A stretch of DNA of 64,000 nt, taken from assembly GCA_949296805.1 (NCBI GenBank), contig CASFPO010000007.1:17291-81290 (forward strand), read 5' to 3'. A program made the translations under genes and the position numbers. The notes below the pieces were generated by a model, which did no database searches, was not told where the DNA came from, and worked only from the letters and a program-made list of their open reading frames with translations. Below are positions 8,621 through 16,855 of the stretch, in pieces (position 1 is the stretch's first letter; each line of letters starts with the position of its first letter). Origin of the DNA: an uncultured Bacillota bacterium (GTDB lineage: Bacteria; Bacillota; Clostridia; Christensenellales; UBA1242).

Positions 8621-9158
8621 GGAGGCGAAAACGGCATTGTTGCTTGTTTTCGCTTTTTTTAAAGCGAAAAGCTACGCCCTAACATTTGTTTTCGCCTCCC
8701 CGCACCAAACGTAAATTCTCGTTTCACTCGAATTTAGTGCGACTTCTTATGAGGATGATTATTATATACTGCGTTTCTGCCTAGGCTTATCGGGGTTCCC
8801 CGCAAATCGTGAGATTTGTGGGGTGGTTTTCGGGGTTCCCCGCAAATTGAAAATTTGTGGGGTGGTTTTCGGGGTCCCCAAAAATTGCATAATTTTTGGG
8901 GTAAAGGAGCAAACGAGCGTTGCCGCAATAGTTACATAGTAACTTTGCCTGAGCGTAGTTTGCGACGTGGCGGTGGCGCTTATTTTTTCTCTCCCGGGGT
9001 TCCCCGCAAATCGTCAGATTTGTGGGGTGGTTTTCGTGACCAAACGTGATTGCTAAAGCAATCAGTCACGACTTTTTATAAGGATGCTATTTTGATTTTG
9101 CATTGTTGCTTGTTTTCGCTTTTTTTAAAGCGAAAAGCTACGCCCTAACATTTGTTTT
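8621..9158 (+). repeat. tRNA-Glu-linked modular hairpin cassette bounded by a perfect 59-bp direct repeat
   Basis: DR at 8634-8692 and 9100-9158. 12-bp helix GGAGGCGAAAAC (8621-8632)/GTTTTCGCCTCC (8688-8699) abuts the tRNA CCA. Four copies of GGGGTTCCCC-GCAAATC-loop-GATTTGTGGGG-type hairpins at 8792-8831, 8832-8870, 8871-8907 and 8996-9035. Two ACCAAACGT internal-loop hairpins. Confidence 0.85.
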
Positions 9159-9200
9159 ACTTTTTTGTGTACCCCCAGAATATTTGGATTTTTTGACAAC

Positions 9201-9237
9201 AAAAAAACAGTTTAAGTGTTTGTTTAAACTGTTTTTT
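9201..9237. terminator. Bidirectional intrinsic terminator
   Basis: A7, ACAGTTTAA (9207-9215), loop, TTAAACTGT (9224-9232), T6. Confidence 0.7.
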
Positions 9238-9270
9238 CTTGTTCTTTTTATTTTGTTCAGTCTTTTATAC

Positions 9271-10296
9271 TTATGCTCGTTCTTCTTGTATCTCTTCTTT
9301 GTTTGCGTATTGACCGTCTATATTCTCTCGCTCTTGAGCCTTGATTTCTAAAAACTTATCTAATGCCTTGTTTGAATTCATTCCCAAAAGCATATCCATC
9401 ATTTTGTTATAACTAAGTTCAGCGTTGCAAGACATATACTCTTGAAATGTCTCTAAAGTGCCTTCTCTATCCTTTAAGTACTTATCATATAGCACAGTGG
9501 AAACAATTTCGCCTACAACATACCTCTCTGCGTAACGACGGCGTCTGCTTGTCATTTCTTTTAGTCTTTTAGCTAATACTTTGCTATTTTCATCCAATGA
9601 AATTTCGTACTCTAGTTCTTTTTTAGTCCTTTTGTCCAAAGGGAAAAAGCCCGCCATATCCAATATTTCGTTACACTGAAAACAATAATTAATTTCCCCT
9701 ACCAATGAATTATTCATATCAATAAATAGGTCTTTATATTCTTTTTGAGATATTATATTGTTTTCATAAAGATAGCCAGCAAACACCTTTATCATAAAAA
9801 GCGATTCTACCTCGCATATTAAAGTGTCGACTGCTCGTCTACTGCTCTTCATTCTTTGTGATGATGCGTGGGCTAGCTCGTGAACGATGGTCTGAAGTCC
9901 TATAATGTCATTTGTAGGGTTTATAACAATTTGTCTATATTTATCATTACAATAACTATCTTTATGGCGGTTGAAAGAAGATGGTTTGCTTACCTTTACC
10001 AAAACATTTTCATCATTTAAGACGCTATTTAAATTTTCGTATATTTTTGTCCCTAGTGATTTATAAAACTCAAAACATATCGTAAGCATATCCTCAAGGC
10101 TATAAGCCTTTTTTTCAAATTTTACCTCTTGTTTGCCGATTGTATTTTTTACCTTAGTCAACTTATCTCTATAACAATTTATGGCATTATATATTTTTAT
10201 TGATTTTGCATCTACATAGTTATCATTATACCTATCAATTGCTCTATTACCTATAACACTAAACATTATTTTTCTCCTATGCGGGTATTCTATCAT
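9271..10296 (-). CDS. Putative zinc metallopeptidase (HEXXH)
   Basis: 341 aa with IVHELAHASS and a downstream Glu (CEVES). The start overlaps the stop of the upstream transporter (ATGA), suggesting translational coupling. Confidence 0.55.
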   Translation of the reverse strand: MIEYPHRRKIMFSVIGNRAIDRYNDNYVDAKSIKIYNAINCYRDKLTKVKNTIGKQEVKFEKKAYSLEDMLTICFEFYKSLGTKIYENLNSVLNDENVLVKVSKPSSFNRHKDSYCNDKYRQIVINPTNDIIGLQTIVHELAHASSQRMKSSRRAVDTLICEVESLFMIKVFAGYLYENNIISQKEYKDLFIDMNNSLVGEINYCFQCNEILDMAGFFPLDKRTKKELEYEISLDENSKVLAKRLKEMTSRRRRYAERYVVGEIVSTVLYDKYLKDREGTLETFQEYMSCNAELSYNKMMDMLLGMNSNKALDKFLEIKAQERENIDGQYANKEEIQEERA

Positions 10297-11864
10297 AAAG
10301 GTTTATCTTTGTCAATACTTTTATTGCAGACACCAAGCATTATTTTTGTATTTTTTTCTTTTTGCAACATAGTCTCTGACATATTTTGAGAGGACTCTGC
10401 CTTTTCTCTCTCAAGCACCATCTGAACCTTAAGCACATCTGCCCGTTTAATTGAAAATTTAGAAAAAATCATAATTGCAAGCGACAAAAATATAGTGCAT
10501 CCAAAAAAGACAATTAGCCCTAAGCCGTTTTGTACGCTCATTGCTTGAACAGGCATAGTGGAATCAAATTTGATTAAGTCAAGCAGAAAACCGATTATCA
10601 GCAGTGCTACCGAGTTTGCAAGGTTATAGGTAAAGGTAAAGTAGCCGGTATATGCTCCAGCGTTACTTTGCCCTGTTTTAAAGATTTCAAGCGTTACGCA
10701 ATCGGCATACATTGAAAAAGGTAGAGAATACATAGCCCCTGCCCCAATTCCGCACAAGATTAGGCAAGGTATGGCTATAAAAAACATTGACTGGCTGTCA
10801 ATAAATTCACGGAAGAGAAAGGTTAGCACTGTTAAAAAAATCCCGAACACGATTGTGGAGAGAGAGATGATAAGCGCCCGCTTTTTATCCATCCGCTTTG
10901 AAGCGTACACCCAAAGTGGTTGAGAGGCTATCGCACCGCCAAAGAGAGCTATCAGCACTATTGATATTTGTGAAGAAGAAAAGTGGTAGCAATAGGTAAA
11001 AAGGTGCATACCAACTGACGTTAAAAAAGCTGAAGCGATGGTGGCAAAGGAGTAGCCAAGAATTACCGCTCTAAAATCCTTTTTCTTTAAAATATTAAAG
11101 TAGCCAGAGAGCAACTTTGACAAGTTAAACTTTTCTTTAGGCACTGCGAGTGAATAAATCTTATGTTTTTGTGTGTATCTTAGGCAAGAGAATATGGTTA
11201 TCAGTCCAAAAAAGATAAGCAAGGCTGAGTTTATGCAAGCGATGGTTATATATCCTTTTTGAGTGTACTGTTGTTGTATGCTAATGGAGATTGAGGACAT
11301 AAAAAAGTACATAAGGATACTTGGCAAAATCATACCTATTATATTAAATACCGTTTTAAAGCTTTGAATTTTTGACTGCTCGTTATAGTCGGGAGCAATA
11401 TCAATTGCAAGGGCTGAAAAAGGTGTGCCGTAGCAGGTGTTGGCAGTCTCGATAGCTAGCATACCGATTAAAAGCCAAAAGAACTTGCCAATCTCTGACA
11501 GTGAAGCTGGCATTGACCAAATGCAGATATTTAAAAAGGCAATTACAAAAATCCCAAAAAACATAAAGCCAAGGCGTTTGCCAAAAAACTTGTTTTTAGT
11601 ATTGTCAGATAGGTATCCAACAAGCGGGTCGCTTACCCCATCCCAAAGCGAAGAGATGGCAATAGCAATTCCGACAAGTGAGCCTGAAATACCCATTACA
11701 GCGGTAGCAAAAAACATTATAAAGTTGTTTAAAGTTTGCGACATAGAGCTATAGCCAAGTCCGCCTATTCCATAACATAATTTTGTGGTAAATTTTAGAT
11801 TTGTTTTCACTAACTTATTGTTATGTTGGACTTGCTGTAAATATGTTTTAAACAAAAAAATCAT
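10293..11864 (-). CDS. MFS transporter, glycoside-pentoside-hexuronide (GPH) cation symporter family
   Basis: 523 aa with about 12 TM segments. The GPH-type loop WDGVSDPLVGYLSDNTKNKFFGKRLGF is present. The exact start is uncertain. Confidence 0.75.
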   Translation of the reverse strand: MIFLFKTYLQQVQHNNKLVKTNLKFTTKLCYGIGGLGYSSMSQTLNNFIMFFATAVMGISGSLVGIAIAISSLWDGVSDPLVGYLSDNTKNKFFGKRLGFMFFGIFVIAFLNICIWSMPASLSEIGKFFWLLIGMLAIETANTCYGTPFSALAIDIAPDYNEQSKIQSFKTVFNIIGMILPSILMYFFMSSISISIQQQYTQKGYITIACINSALLIFFGLITIFSCLRYTQKHKIYSLAVPKEKFNLSKLLSGYFNILKKKDFRAVILGYSFATIASAFLTSVGMHLFTYCYHFSSSQISIVLIALFGGAIASQPLWVYASKRMDKKRALIISLSTIVFGIFLTVLTFLFREFIDSQSMFFIAIPCLILCGIGAGAMYSLPFSMYADCVTLEIFKTGQSNAGAYTGYFTFTYNLANSVALLIIGFLLDLIKFDSTMPVQAMSVQNGLGLIVFFGCTIFLSLAIMIFSKFSIKRADVLKVQMVLEREKAESSQNMSETMLQKEKNTKIMLGVCNKSIDKDKPL

Positions 11865-11909
11865 AACTGTTATTTTAGCTATGATTTCTATTCTGTCTAA
11901 GGCAAAACT

Positions 11910-12647
11910 TTACTCTTCTTCCTCATCCTCCCAAAGCTTATCTTCCTCGCTTGCTTCAGTTTTTGGATAGAGAAGTTTTTGTGCTATCTCAAAGCGAGAG
12001 TAGTTATAAAGGGCAAGCTCACAAACCTTGCCATCAATTATCTTTAAAAGTTCTTCGCTCTCTGGTCGTTCCTCTCTTGGCAGAAGCAAGGTCACTCCAT
12101 TTCTTACAATCTTTTTTCCTGTCTTGATGTCCTTATAGGTGGCTTTTTCGCAGAGTATATTTGCCCGATATCCTGTTCCGCAAATAACATTGTATTTTGT
12201 TGCCTCAATATCCACCTCTATCTTTGGGATAGTCTTTTTAACAAAGTCGTCAAGGTCAACGGTAAATGGCGTAGAAAAAGAGCTTTCAATCGCAGAAGAG
12301 ACCTGAAGAGAATAATCTTTTGGCTCTTCCCCCTCTTCAACACTGCCTAAAACATAGGTTTTTGGCGGTCTTTTCATATTTCCAACAAGCCTACTAAGTT
12401 TTCTTACCTTTAACACGTCTTTTCCCTTTTCTTCTTGAATTGAAATGACAATCCCTGCGTTTGAGAGCGTGTTATCTTCCACGTCATATACCACTTCTCT
12501 TGAAGAAATCTTACCTTGACTGACAATTCGATATTGTGGAAGCAGACCTGCCAGTTTTGAAATTATATCTTTAAACTTGCTATAGCCTAGCAAGACGAAG
12601 TGAAACTCCTTACTATTTTCAAGTTCAAGTTTGCTATTTTTATCCAT
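11910..12647 (-). CDS. Hypothetical protein with acidic C-terminal tail
   Basis: Start moved to MDKNSK (ATG at 12647), which has an AGGGGA RBS. No motif that I can assign. A weak CYTH-like impression is not supported by an ExExK motif. Confidence 0.5.
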   Translation of the reverse strand: MDKNSKLELENSKEFHFVLLGYSKFKDIISKLAGLLPQYRIVSQGKISSREVVYDVEDNTLSNAGIVISIQEEKGKDVLKVRKLSRLVGNMKRPPKTYVLGSVEEGEEPKDYSLQVSSAIESSFSTPFTVDLDDFVKKTIPKIEVDIEATKYNVICGTGYRANILCEKATYKDIKTGKKIVRNGVTLLLPREERPESEELLKIIDGKVCELALYNYSRFEIAQKLLYPKTEASEEDKLWEDEEEE

Positions 12648-12745
12648 AAATAATCCCCTATTAGTTATATAATACAATTTTTGTCTGCAAAAATCAAATG
12701 TTTAACCTTACTTTAAAATGGAATAATTAAAAAAGGAGGTTAAAA

Positions 12746-13339
12746 ATGCTTTTTAATGACAGTAAAACCAAAGAAAATCTAGCAAGAGCGTTTGCTGGGC
12801 TATGCCAAGACGGAGCTAGATACACTTTTATTTCAAAGAGTGCCTATAGCGAAGGCTACGCCTATATTGCAAATTTGCTTGAGCGACTTGCTAAAAATAA
12901 GATGGCTCACGCCTCGGCAATCTATCAGCTTATGCTTGACAATATAAAAAAATCTAAGGACAACGTATCCATTGAAGCAGGTTATCCTTTTGAAAACCAA
13001 CTACTTAAAACTAGCCTACTTGACTCTGCCGAGATAGAGGCATATCAGTATAAAAATGTCTATCCTCACTTTGCCAAGATTGCTAAAGACGAGGGCTTTA
13101 AAGAGATTGAAAAGTGTTTTTTGTGTATAAGCAAGGTTGGAGAAGAAAATTTTTTACTCTTAAAAACCCTTGCCGAGCGTTTTGAAAGCAAAAGCCTATA
13201 CAAGTCAGATGAAAAAGAACTTTGGATATGTTCTAACTGTGGCTATAGAGAAGCTTTAAAAGAGGCTTGGCAATCCTGTCCACTTTGCTCCTATCCAAAA
13301 GGCTATGTAATTGTGCCAAGACAGTATTTAAAAGGTTAG
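12746..13339 (+). CDS. Rubrerythrin-like protein (ferritin-like domain plus C-terminal rubredoxin CxxC...CxxC)
   Basis: 197 aa with an AGGAGG RBS. CSNCGY...CPLCS is present. By manual alignment to D. vulgaris rubrerythrin, most diiron ligands appear substituted. Confidence 0.8.
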   Translation: MLFNDSKTKENLARAFAGLCQDGARYTFISKSAYSEGYAYIANLLERLAKNKMAHASAIYQLMLDNIKKSKDNVSIEAGYPFENQLLKTSLLDSAEIEAYQYKNVYPHFAKIAKDEGFKEIEKCFLCISKVGEENFLLLKTLAERFESKSLYKSDEKELWICSNCGYREALKEAWQSCPLCSYPKGYVIVPRQYLKG

Positions 13340-13384
13340 GTTTGTAAATTTTAAAGGGTCTTTTTAATAATTTTCCTTACCAAT

Positions 13385-13415
13385 AAAAAAGCAACTTTAT
13401 AAAAAGTTGCTTTTC
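13385..13415 (+). terminator. Intrinsic terminator of the rubrerythrin-like gene
   Basis: GCAACTTT (13391-13398), ATAA loop, AAAGTTGC (13403-13410), then TTTT. Confidence 0.8.
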
Positions 13416-13669
13416 CTCTTTAGTACCTCATCTTTGCGAGATGTCTTTATCTTTTGTATGAAACTATTGCAAGGCATATTTTTATAAATTTTTTTGGAGT
13501 ATAAATAATTTCTCGATTACAAAAATAAGATTAATGTTTCCTACAAGGTCTTTTCTTTGTACAAGGATTGCCTTGCAATAAGCTTTTACACTGGGTCACA
13601 AAAATGCCTTTTGCGACCCAGTCTTTTGTACTGCTAATCTTTAACCTATGTAATTTATGTTAGAAGATT

Positions 13670-13948
13670 TTACTCTTTAGTAACAAGACTTTTAAAGCTT
13701 GCTCCAAACTTAAAAGTTGGGCAATAGCTAGATGGTATTGATATCTTCTCCTTTGTTTTAGGATTAATTCCCTCTCTAGACTCTCGTTTTTTCAGCTCAA
13801 ATGTGCCAAATCCGTCTATACAAATTTTCTCGCCCGCCTTTAATGCTTCAGCTATAGTTGATGCAAATGCTTCAAAGGCAATCCCTGCATCCTTTTGAGT
13901 GAAGTTTGCTTTATCTGCGAGTGCTTTAATAAATTGTTTTTTATTCAT
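13670..13948 (-). CDS. hup: HU-family DNA-binding protein
   Basis: 92 aa, MNKKQFIKALADKANFTQKDAGIAFEAF...GFGTFELKKRESREGINPKTKEKI. Confidence 0.93.
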   Translation of the reverse strand: MNKKQFIKALADKANFTQKDAGIAFEAFASTIAEALKAGEKICIDGFGTFELKKRESREGINPKTKEKISIPSSYCPTFKFGASFKSLVTKE

Positions 13949-14062
13949 TTAAAAAATCTCCTTTTAAAACAATAGGCTTCCACCTTGTGAACATTCTAGC
14001 ATATTTTAAGCGAATGTGCAAACTTTTTTACGCAATTTTACAAAATCTTTAAAATTAGCCTA

Positions 14063-14950
14063 TCAAGGTGTAAAATAAGCGATTATCTCTTTAAATATCA
14101 GCCTTAAATATTCGCCTAACACCTTTGCCCAGTTAAAGAAATCATTCTCGTGAGCCATTGCATTTCTTATTATAGATATAACCTTGCCTATCACTTTGTT
14201 AAGTTTGGCACTGCCAGTATCTCGGCTATCTTTACTTTCTGCCCGATTGTCGCCCATACAAAATAGAGCCTGCTCGTCAAGGTCACTGCCTACGGTAAAA
14301 AATCTAACTTGATAGGTCATTCCTCCTGCCGTTACAGGAATAATCTCTGTTGGATATTTGTTGATAAAGTTTTCAAGAAAGCCAACATCATAATAGCACA
14401 CCCCTTGAGCAAAGTTATCTTCGCTGTAGCTATACCCGCTCTCGCTTATCCCTAGCTCGTTCCACTCGTCATAGCTTTTGATATAGCTTTCATAGATTAC
14501 ATACTCGTCATCTTGCTCTGTGTAGACAATTTGGCGAGTGCTGTCGCCCTCTTTTATCCTAATAAGCCTCATCTCCATTGCACCGCCCTCGCCTACAGGT
14601 AGCATAACCAAGCTAATTTTATCTCCGCTAAAGGCTACCACCCGCTTGATAACGCTATAGCCCGGTCTCTCTTCACTTCGGTCAACAATAACAATATCGC
14701 CGTAAGAGAGCTTTTGCGTTCTTTCAATAAACACAGCGTCTTGTCTATCATCTGCTAAAGGCGAAGGGTTTAGGGTCGGTTGCATTGAAACATTTTCTAC
14801 CACTACATAGCCATACTTAAGATTAAATAATAGGTCGGTCACATTGACTAAAAGCAGTATAAACAAAATTGCACAAAAAAAAATGAAAAAACTCCCATTT
14901 TTTTCTTTTTTATGTTGTGAAAATTGCTCGTCAAACTCAAAGTATTCCAA
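14063..14950 (-). CDS. lepB: Signal peptidase I (S26) with enlarged middle region
   Basis: N-terminal TM, SMQPTL (catalytic Ser box) and GDNRAESKDSR box. At 295 aa it is longer than typical Bacillota SipS-type enzymes. Confidence 0.85.
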   Translation of the reverse strand: MEYFEFDEQFSQHKKEKNGSFFIFFCAILFILLLVNVTDLLFNLKYGYVVVENVSMQPTLNPSPLADDRQDAVFIERTQKLSYGDIVIVDRSEERPGYSVIKRVVAFSGDKISLVMLPVGEGGAMEMRLIRIKEGDSTRQIVYTEQDDEYVIYESYIKSYDEWNELGISESGYSYSEDNFAQGVCYYDVGFLENFINKYPTEIIPVTAGGMTYQVRFFTVGSDLDEQALFCMGDNRAESKDSRDTGSAKLNKVIGKVISIIRNAMAHENDFFNWAKVLGEYLRLIFKEIIAYFTP

Positions 14951-14991
14951 AACGCCCTCTCAATAGATAAATAATAACTTTTTTTGCCTAT

Positions 14992-15576
14992 TTAGTCAAC
15001 TTTTTTTAAGTCAACTCTTTTTGAAAATTCACATCCGCAATAATTTTGTCTATAAAGATTGTACTTTTTAGAAAGCTCGATGCTCTTTTTGTAGCCGTCT
15101 TGCTTTTTGTAATTGCCCTCTAAAAAGGTTATTCCCTCTTTCTCGCCAATCAAAAAGCCGAGTGCGTTGATAATCTCAGCGTTCTTGTGCGGGCTGACTG
15201 TCAAGGTTGTGCCAAACTTATCAAAGCCAAACGCCTTTGCCTTGAGTGCTGTCTTTTTAAGCCTCAGCGCAAAGCAGACAGAACATCGCCCGCCACCCTC
15301 TCTTTCATTTTCTAGCCCCTCAATTTCATTATAATACTCGCTTGGTGTATAGCCATCTTCAAGCACTGGGATATTTACAAGCTGGCAGTACCTTTTCTGC
15401 TCAGAAAGTCTATGCAAATACTCCTCTTTTGTATCTATATTAGGATTATAATAATATATAGTAATATCATAATCTTTAGAAAGCAAAGCTATAACCTGCG
15501 TGCTACAAGGTCCACAACAAGAGTGCAGAAGCAGTTTTTCTTTTTTGTTTTGAGGTAAACTATTTTGCTCTTCCAA
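14992..15576 (-). CDS. queH: Epoxyqueuosine reductase QueH (DUF208)
   Basis: LLLHSCCGPCS N-terminal Cys cluster and C-terminal YRQNYCGC. Confidence 0.85.
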   Translation of the reverse strand: MEEQNSLPQNKKEKLLLHSCCGPCSTQVIALLSKDYDITIYYYNPNIDTKEEYLHRLSEQKRYCQLVNIPVLEDGYTPSEYYNEIEGLENEREGGGRCSVCFALRLKKTALKAKAFGFDKFGTTLTVSPHKNAEIINALGFLIGEKEGITFLEGNYKKQDGYKKSIELSKKYNLYRQNYCGCEFSKRVDLKKVD

Positions 15577-15603
15577 AATTTTCTCCTTTTATTTTTTCAA
15601 AGC

Positions 15604-16068
15604 TTACTCCACCGTTCGCAAAAGTTTGACAAGGTCAGCAAAGGCGGGCTCTTTTTTTAGATAAGCTTTTATGTCACTATCAAAGTTTTTGGTGGTAATC
15701 ATAAAACAGCCAAGGCAGTCGCCACAATTGACAAAAACTTGAAGGGTGTAAAACAGCTCATCCTTAAACCCCCTTATCACATACAAAGGAAAAACAAAAT
15801 CCTTTATGCGAAGGTTGGTAAAAAAAATAAACTCATACTTGCCCGTCAAAACGCTATACTTTTCTGTAAGCTGTTGGTAGGATTGATAAAATTCTTCTGG
15901 GTCACGATGGACTTCAAAAAGAGAGATAACCCTGCCCTCTTGCGAAAAATAATTTTCTCGATTGATAAAACCTTGCCCGTTATCTAAAAAGTATCGGTCT
16001 TGGCTAACTTGATAGCCTTTAGGCAAGTCAAAGGACATTTCATTTAAGGTGCGAATAATTCTCTTCAT
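15604..16068 (-). CDS. Hypothetical protein
   Basis: 154-aa ORF in a compact minus-strand gene string. No recognisable motif. Confidence 0.5.
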   Translation of the reverse strand: MKRIIRTLNEMSFDLPKGYQVSQDRYFLDNGQGFINRENYFSQEGRVISLFEVHRDPEEFYQSYQQLTEKYSVLTGKYEFIFFTNLRIKDFVFPLYVIRGFKDELFYTLQVFVNCGDCLGCFMITTKNFDSDIKAYLKKEPAFADLVKLLRTVE

Positions 16069-16173
16069 CCTCTCTCCCCTTTTATGATAACTCTTTTAAC
16101 AAAAAAAGTCAAGGTTAAAGGATACTTAACTTCTGCTTGCTTAAAAAAATTTTTACAAAAGGCAAAACCATAT

Positions 16174-16509
16174 CTAAAAACTACTTAATGCATACATCAT
16201 CATATCATTAACGCTTTGGTCAGTTAGATAGTAGACTAAAATTTTGCCATCTCGCTTGTAAGCGACTATATTTTGGTCTTTAAGCTGTTTAAGTTGATGA
16301 GAGATAGTGGTCTGATTGATATTAAGCACATTTGACAGGTCATTGACGCACATATTCATCATAGAAAGACAGGTTAAAATCTTTATCCTGGTCGAGTCAG
16401 AAAAGTTTTGAAAATAGTCAGCAAGCTTGCTTATAGCCTTTTCCTCTGGAAGCGTGGAAAGAATTTCTTGTTTATTTCGCTCACTTAAAAGTAAAAATCT
16501 ATTTTGCAT
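16174..16509 (-). CDS. ArsR/SmtB-family transcriptional regulator
   Basis: 111 aa, FSDSTRIKILTCLSMMNMCVNDLSNVLNINQTTISHQLKQLKDQNIV (wHTH). It has a single Cys at the position of the ELCVCDL metal site. Confidence 0.85.
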   Translation of the reverse strand: MQNRFLLLSERNKQEILSTLPEEKAISKLADYFQNFSDSTRIKILTCLSMMNMCVNDLSNVLNINQTTISHQLKQLKDQNIVAYKRDGKILVYYLTDQSVNDMMMYALSSF

Positions 16510-16663
16510 AATTCCTCCTTGTAATCACAATTTTAAAAAAATAGTCATAAAAAATAACGTATCTCAATCTATATTTATTAAACCATACACAAAAGAAAAA
16601 GCAAAATAGAAAACTAAGCTATTTTGTCGAGCTTGTAAGATTTTTGTAATTTAAGGAGGGAAA

Positions 16664-16855
16664 ATGATTTCATCACAAAATATCTTATTTGTTCTACTTT
16701 TGTCAGTAATTGCAAACGCAACCGACACCAACCTTAACACCAACACCAACTTTTTGCTTTTGCTACTGCTCGCACTAGGCGGACAAAATAACTTTGGCAG
16801 TGGCTGTTGCCAAAACACCTGCCCAGGACAGTCATCTTTTAATACATTCTTTTAA
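16664..16855 (+). CDS. Small hydrophobic Cys-containing peptide (63 aa), divergent from the ArsR gene
   Basis: AGGAGGG RBS 6-7 nt upstream. MISSQNILFVLLLSVIANA...LLLLLLALGGQNNFGSGCCQNTCPGQSSFNTFF. Confidence 0.55.
   Translation: MISSQNILFVLLLSVIANATDTNLNTNTNFLLLLLLALGGQNNFGSGCCQNTCPGQSSFNTFF

Noticed and set aside
8440-9351. Track ORFs 8440-8637 (-), 8734-8928 (-), 8816-9049 (+), 9103-9351 (+) and 25146-25346 (+)
   Set aside because: They overlap tRNA genes or the hairpin-module cassettes (the GGGGTTCCCC repeats translate as WGGFRG etc.). No RBS is present, and the frames are created by the repeats.
11910-12647. CYTH (triphosphate tunnel) domain assignment for the 245-aa protein
   Set aside because: The N-terminal LELENSK does not match the ExExK signature, and I cannot place the other tunnel residues. 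The protein is called hypothetical.
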